DNA of 64,000 nucleotides from Pseudothermotoga sp. (GTDB lineage: Bacteria; Thermotogota; Thermotogae; Thermotogales; DSM-5069), in the NCBI GenBank assembly GCA_003510135.1, contig DOKY01000036.1, forward strand, positions 13,503 to 77,502. The letters are read 5' to 3'. The notes under the pieces were generated by a model. That model was not told the DNA's origin. It ran no database searches and saw nothing but the letters and a program-made list of their open reading frames with translations. The translations under genes and the position numbers were made by a program. Position 1 is the first letter of the stretch. Every line of letters begins with the position of its first letter. Shown piece after piece: positions 60,001-64,000 of this stretch.

Positions 60001-61305
60001 TCACAGCACCACGATGTTCGGACCCGAGAGCTTGAAACTCTTCAAAACGTTCTTCGTATCAAAGATGAGCGAGCAGTTCTCCACCAAAATTCTGTAGTCG
60101 ATGCGCTTTCTATGCGCAGTTGTTATGATGGCTATATCAGCCCAGCGGGCGAGCTCCACCGTCAAATGCTGAGTCTTCCTTTCTGAACCTCTCCACTTGA
60201 AGGATTCCACGTATGGATCCACGACCACAACTTCCGCCTGTTCCTCTTCCAGGAGTTTGAGCACTTTCAGCGCTGGCGATTCCCTCACGTCGTCCACGTC
60301 ACCCTTGTACGCTATTCCAACGAGCAGAACGTGTGCGCCGTTGAGACATTTTTTCTTCTGGTTCAGCAACTTCATAACCCTGTTCACGACGTATCCAGGC
60401 ATCGAGTCGTTTATCTCACCGGCAAGTTCGATGAGCCTGGTGTGGTAATCGTACTGCCTGGCCTTGTAAGTGAGGTAGAACGGATCGATCGGGATACAAT
60501 GACCACCGACACCTGGACCGGGGTAGAAGGGCATGAAACCGAAAGGCTTCGTGGAGGCTGCCTCTATGACTTCCCATATGTTTATCCCCATTTTCTCAGC
60601 GATGATTGCCATTTCGTTTGCCAACGCGATGTTGACGATTCTGAAAGTGTTCTCCAGTATTTTTGTCATCTCCGCAGCCTTCGCCGAGGAAACCACGAAC
60701 ACCGGTGCTTCGAGCACGCTTTCGTACAACAACCTTGCGAGTTCTGCAGAATTCTTACCCACGCCTCCAACTACCTTCGGGGTGTTCTTGGTTTTGTAAA
60801 GTAAGTTTCCAGGATCGACTCGCTCTGGGCTGAAAGCCAGGTAGAAGTCTTCCTCACACCTCAAGCCACTCGACTCGAGTATCGGCTTGATAACTTCCTC
60901 CGTCGTCCCAGGATACGTGGTGGACTCGAGCACAACGAGCATGTCCTTGTGCAACCTCAGGGCGATCTCCTTGGCGGTGTTCACCACGTACGTGAGATCG
61001 GGTTGCTTGTACTCATCCAGGGGTGTGGGTACACATATCGTAACCACGTCGCACTCTCTGAGCCTTTCATAATCAATCGTTGCGGAAAGCTTACCATCCC
61101 TCACGAGTCTTTCCAGATCCTCCGAGACGACGTCCCCTATGTAGTTCTCACCACGATTCACCTTGTCCACACGTTCCTTCTGTATGTCGAAACCCACGAC
61201 GGTGAAACCTGCCTTCGCCTTCTCAACAGCGAGCGGAAGCCCCACATAACCGAGCCCTATCACACCCACGATCGCAGTTTTGTTGATGAGCTTGTCTTTC
61301 AGCAC
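60001..61305 (-). CDS. Nucleotide sugar dehydrogenase (UDP-GlcNAc/ManNAc 6-dehydrogenase type)
   Basis: GLGYVGLPLA, CVPTP, ESTTYPGTT, SPERVDPGN, GVGGHCIPIDP. Confidence 0.92.
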   Translation of the reverse strand: MLKDKLINKTAIVGVIGLGYVGLPLAVEKAKAGFTVVGFDIQKERVDKVNRGENYIGDVVSEDLERLVRDGKLSATIDYERLRECDVVTICVPTPLDEYKQPDLTYVVNTAKEIALRLHKDMLVVLESTTYPGTTEEVIKPILESSGLRCEEDFYLAFSPERVDPGNLLYKTKNTPKVVGGVGKNSAELARLLYESVLEAPVFVVSSAKAAEMTKILENTFRIVNIALANEMAIIAEKMGINIWEVIEAASTKPFGFMPFYPGPGVGGHCIPIDPFYLTYKARQYDYHTRLIELAGEINDSMPGYVVNRVMKLLNQKKKCLNGAHVLLVGIAYKGDVDDVRESPALKVLKLLEEEQAEVVVVDPYVESFKWRGSERKTQHLTVELARWADIAIITTAHRKRIDYRILVENCSLIFDTKNVLKSFKLSGPNIVVL

Positions 61306-62456
61306 GCGCACTCCTCCTCGAAGTAGTCTCTGATGCACCTCACAACGTACTCGACTTCTTCTTCACGAAGCTCAGGAAACATGGGTAGCGCAAGAACCTC
61401 TGCACAGGCCGTATCCGTCCTTTCAAGCTCCACGCGAGGTAAATGGGCGAAGCACTTCTGCCTGTGCATACCCAACGGATAGTAGATTGCCGTTTCGACG
61501 CCGCGCGATTCAAGGTAAGACTTCAATTTGTCTCTGTGTCCATCCTTCACCCTTATCACGTACTGGTGGAATACGCATTCAAAACCTCTCCCAAGCGGAG
61601 GACACACGATACGGTTGGTCAAACTGTACTTTTCGAACAGCTCGTTGTAGAGTCTTGCGAGATCTATTCTACGCTGATGAAAACGATCGAGCCTTTTGAG
61701 CTTCACACGCAGTATGGCCGCTTGCACTTCGTCCAGTCTGCTGTTGACACCTTCGATCTCGTGGAAATATTTCACCTTAGCACCGTGCACTCTGAAGATG
61801 CGGCAGAACTCAGCCAAATGTTCATCATTCGTGAGTATCATGCCAGCATCCCCGTGAGCTCCGAGGTTCTTGGTGGGGAAGAAAGAGAGTATCGAGACAT
61901 CACCCACGCTACCGCTCTTTTTCACCCTGCCATCTGAAAACTGCCATGTGGATCCCACAGATTGGGCGCAGTCTTCAAGGATCTTCACGCCATACTGCTG
62001 TCTGATGTACTCAAGTCTTTCCAGATCCACCGTTCGTCCGAAGAGATGAACCGGTATGATGGCTCTGATTTTATCACGGGATGGATGGTCCTTCAGAAGC
62101 TTCTCCACCTGATCCAGATCGATGTTGAATGTGTTCTCATCGATATCGACGAAGATCGGGATTCCCCCGTTTCTGGTTATGCAACTCACGGTGGCGAAGA
62201 AGGTGAACGCCGTCGTGATGACAAGATCTCCATCTCCGATGCCAAGAGACCTGGTAGCTATGTACAACGCGTCTGAGCCGTTGCCCACACCTATCGCGTG
62301 TTTCACACCCAGATAGTTTTGCATCTCTTCTTCGAATCTCTTGACGTTCTCCCCCATGATCAATCGACCGGATTTGAAAACTGAATCGACCGCGCTCAGA
62401 ATCTCTTCCCTGAGTGACTCGTACTGCCTGGTCATGTCGAAAAGTGGCACCTTCAT
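61299..62456 (-). CDS. DegT/DnrJ/EryC1/StrS family sugar aminotransferase
   Basis: GNGSDAL, IIPVHLFG, EDCAQS, SFFPTKNLGAHGDAG, NSRLDEVQAAIL. Start moved to ATG 62456. Confidence 0.93.
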   Translation of the reverse strand: MKVPLFDMTRQYESLREEILSAVDSVFKSGRLIMGENVKRFEEEMQNYLGVKHAIGVGNGSDALYIATRSLGIGDGDLVITTAFTFFATVSCITRNGGIPIFVDIDENTFNIDLDQVEKLLKDHPSRDKIRAIIPVHLFGRTVDLERLEYIRQQYGVKILEDCAQSVGSTWQFSDGRVKKSGSVGDVSILSFFPTKNLGAHGDAGMILTNDEHLAEFCRIFRVHGAKVKYFHEIEGVNSRLDEVQAAILRVKLKRLDRFHQRRIDLARLYNELFEKYSLTNRIVCPPLGRGFECVFHQYVIRVKDGHRDKLKSYLESRGVETAIYYPLGMHRQKCFAHLPRVELERTDTACAEVLALPMFPELREEEVEYVVRCIRDYFEEECAC

Positions 62457-62501
62457 CTTCACATGCCTCCTCACTGAGATCAATTTTACAATAGAGTGCC
62501 G

Positions 62502-62530
62502 TTGAACTTTTCTTTGGATTGCTCTAAAAT
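62502..62530 (+). promoter_or_regulatory. Sigma-70 promoter
   Basis: TTGAAC-N17-TAAAAT, followed by a GGAGGTG RBS and ATG 62554. Confidence 0.6.
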
Positions 62531-62553
62531 CTTTGAACGGGAGGTGACGTGAG

Positions 62554-62927
62554 ATGAAACTCAGATTCATCTTCGGCCAAGTCGAGTGCGTGGCGGAGCT
62601 GGACGAAAAGAAGGCACCTCTCACGATTGAAGCCATAAGGAAAGAACTTCGATCAGGTCGGTCGCTAACCGCTGGGGCGACGAAATATACTTCGAAACGC
62701 CCGTCCGTCTGACCGTCGAGGAGAACAGCAAAGACGTCGTGGAGGAGGGTGACGTGGCCTTCTGGATACCTGGAAGGGCCATCTGCATCTTTTTTGGTAA
62801 GACACCTATCAGCGACGACAAGATCAGACCCGCGAGTGCGGTGAACGTCATCGGTAAAGTCAAAGAAGGCCTGGATCTGTTGAAGAACGTGAGAGCTGGC
62901 ACAAAAGTCATAGTCCAGATCGAGTGA
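62554..62927 (+). pseudogene. Cyclophilin-like fold protein (TM1367/DUF369 type) split by a 1-bp frameshift (pseudogene or sequencing error)
   Basis: The first frame gives [32 protein letters not shown]. After about 62650 the family motifs [27 protein letters not shown] and PASAVNVIG continue in a different frame. Confidence 0.8.
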
Positions 62928-62957
62928 TTGTGTTAACATATCTTGGGAGGTAAGGAA

Positions 62958-63539
62958 TTGAATCAGCGAACGTTACTCTACCTGTTGATCGCTTTTGTAC
63001 TGTTCTTCACCGTGATGCAGCTCATAGGTGTGTTTTTGCAACGGCCGGCCTTCGAGGTCGTTTACTACAGGAGCAGGATGGAGTACGATTACTCGGGCGC
63101 TGCCACGTTCACAACCATGGCCGGCCTTTTCTTCAAAGACCCATCCAAGCAACAGCAGTACCTGCAGAACTACAAACAGAGTTCACTCGAACAGTTCAAA
63201 CAGTACTTCGCGGAGGTCAGCAAGAGACTTGGAAGGCAGATCGAGGTCATCTCGATGGAATCAACGGTGACTGAGCGATCCGGCATTCTCGAGGTGATGG
63301 AAAGGGCTGTGCTCTCAAATGTGGCAGTCGTCGAGCAAGGTAAGGTGGACACCAGTCTCAAAGACGTGTCAATCAACGCCGTGGCCGATTCTGAGATCGT
63401 CGTGGTCATTCCCGAAGATGCCGTGGTGCTGTCGGTGGAACCGACGCCCGTCAGGACCCTAGACAACCAGATTTATTGGAAACCAGCAGGTTCAATGACT
63501 TTTCCTCGGGTCGTGTTCAAAAAAGGTGAATCAAGGTGA
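62958..63539 (+). CDS. Hypothetical protein with N-terminal TM anchor (possibly DUF4897-like)
   Basis: GGAGGT RBS before TTG; one TM helix; GTGA overlap with the sirtuin start. Confidence 0.7.
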   Translation: MNQRTLLYLLIAFVLFFTVMQLIGVFLQRPAFEVVYYRSRMEYDYSGAATFTTMAGLFFKDPSKQQQYLQNYKQSSLEQFKQYFAEVSKRLGRQIEVISMESTVTERSGILEVMERAVLSNVAVVEQGKVDTSLKDVSINAVADSEIVVVIPEDAVVLSVEPTPVRTLDNQIYWKPAGSMTFPRVVFKKGESR

Positions 63540-64000
63540 CTGAGCGGGAACTTCTTGAGAAGATCAAAGCTTCACATCATGTTGTTGCTCTCACCGGCGC
63601 GGGTGTGAGCACCGAGAGCGGGGTTCCAGATTTCAGAGGACCTAACGGTTTGTACTCGAAATACCCGGAAAACATCTTCGACATCGATTACTTCTACGCC
63701 GACCCGGAGGGCTTCTATCGCTTTTGGAGAGAAGCATTGCTTCCCATGAGCGAAGCTCAACCGAACGTTGCGCACACTTTGCTCGCAGAGCTTGAAAGTC
63801 GAAGTTTGCTTGAGGCCGTCATCACGCAGAACATCGATGGACTTCATCAGAGAGCGGGCAGTAAGAACGTTATAGAACTTCACGGAAACATTTTCGAGTA
63901 CTATTGCACTGAGTGCGGAAGCCCCCACAGCTTTGAAAGTGTTAAGGACATGCTTGAATTGAGCCCGGTACCAAAGTGCGACTGCGGAGGTTTGATCAGA
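63536..64000 (+). CDS. cobB: NAD-dependent protein deacylase (Sir2/CobB family), 3' end outside the window; not in ORF track
   Basis: Manual translation: MTERELLEKIKASHHVVALTGAGVSTESGVPDFRG ... ITQNIDGLHQRAG ... ELHGN ... CTEC ... CDCGG. Confidence 0.92.
   Translation, partial: MTERELLEKIKASHHVVALTGAGVSTESGVPDFRGPNGLYSKYPENIFDIDYFYADPEGFYRFWREALLPMSEAQPNVAHTLLAELESRSLLEAVITQNIDGLHQRAGSKNVIELHGNIFEYYCTECGSPHSFESVKDMLELSPVPKCDCGGLIR

Noticed and set aside
62635..62660. Programmed -1 ribosomal frameshift in the cyclophilin-like gene
   Set aside because: No X-XXY-YYZ slippery site; a single missing C in a Pro codon explains it more simply.
62457..62939. 161-aa N-terminal extension of the DegT ORF in the track
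   Set aside because: It is antisense to the cyclophilin-like gene and crosses the divergent promoter; the RBS and family N-terminus (MKVPLFD) place the start at 62456.
1..64000. Mobile elements, prophage, defence islands, rRNA/tRNA genes, inteins or selenoprotein recoding
   Set aside because: No transposase, integrase, cas or phage motifs, no tRNA-like sequence in the short gaps, no intein termini, and no in-frame TGA in conserved genes were seen.

Overview
A gene-dense stretch of core bacterial chromosome with about 64 CDSs. I saw no rRNA, tRNA, transposase, integrase, phage gene or CRISPR array. Gene content and protein style point to a member of the Thermotogota, possibly Pseudothermotoga-like (inference, not verified). 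In order: 3' end of PPi-dependent PFK; a hidden 24-aa ORF and a HAD hydrolase; glycine cleavage genes gcvT-H-PA-PB divergent from pfkA-pyk; psuG/nitroreductase/EamA; a long minus-strand run rplU-prp-rpmA-rplM-rpsI-dnaG-rpoD-phoH-HDIG-ybeY-DUF1015; two hypotheticals, valS-folC-ruvA; HD-GYP and thrS; a plus-strand run nagA-smc-NUDIX-hyp-fliS-GNAT-2-hydroxyacid dehydrogenase-MreD-like-PBP2-radical SAM-CPBP protease; an Opp/Dpp ABC operon; divergent kbl/tdh; a minus-strand run DegT-nucleotide sugar dehydrogenase-hppA-MutS-like ATPase-xseAB-dxs-Asp23-DAK2; a frameshifted cyclophilin-like gene, a hypothetical and the 5' part of a sirtuin. No large novel system is evident. The best leads are small: an unannotated MACG-/Lys-Glu-rich micropeptide with a clear RBS, a structured rplU leader with bulge-loop complementarity, a tandem paralogous hypothetical pair behind a direct-repeat promoter, a pyruvate kinase with altered motifs, a membrane PPase with K+-independent and Asp-gate signatures, and a stand-alone MutS-domain ATPase coupled to exonuclease VII. 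Many starts were moved from the ORF track to the RBS-supported codon. All product calls rest on motif recognition by eye, with no database search.
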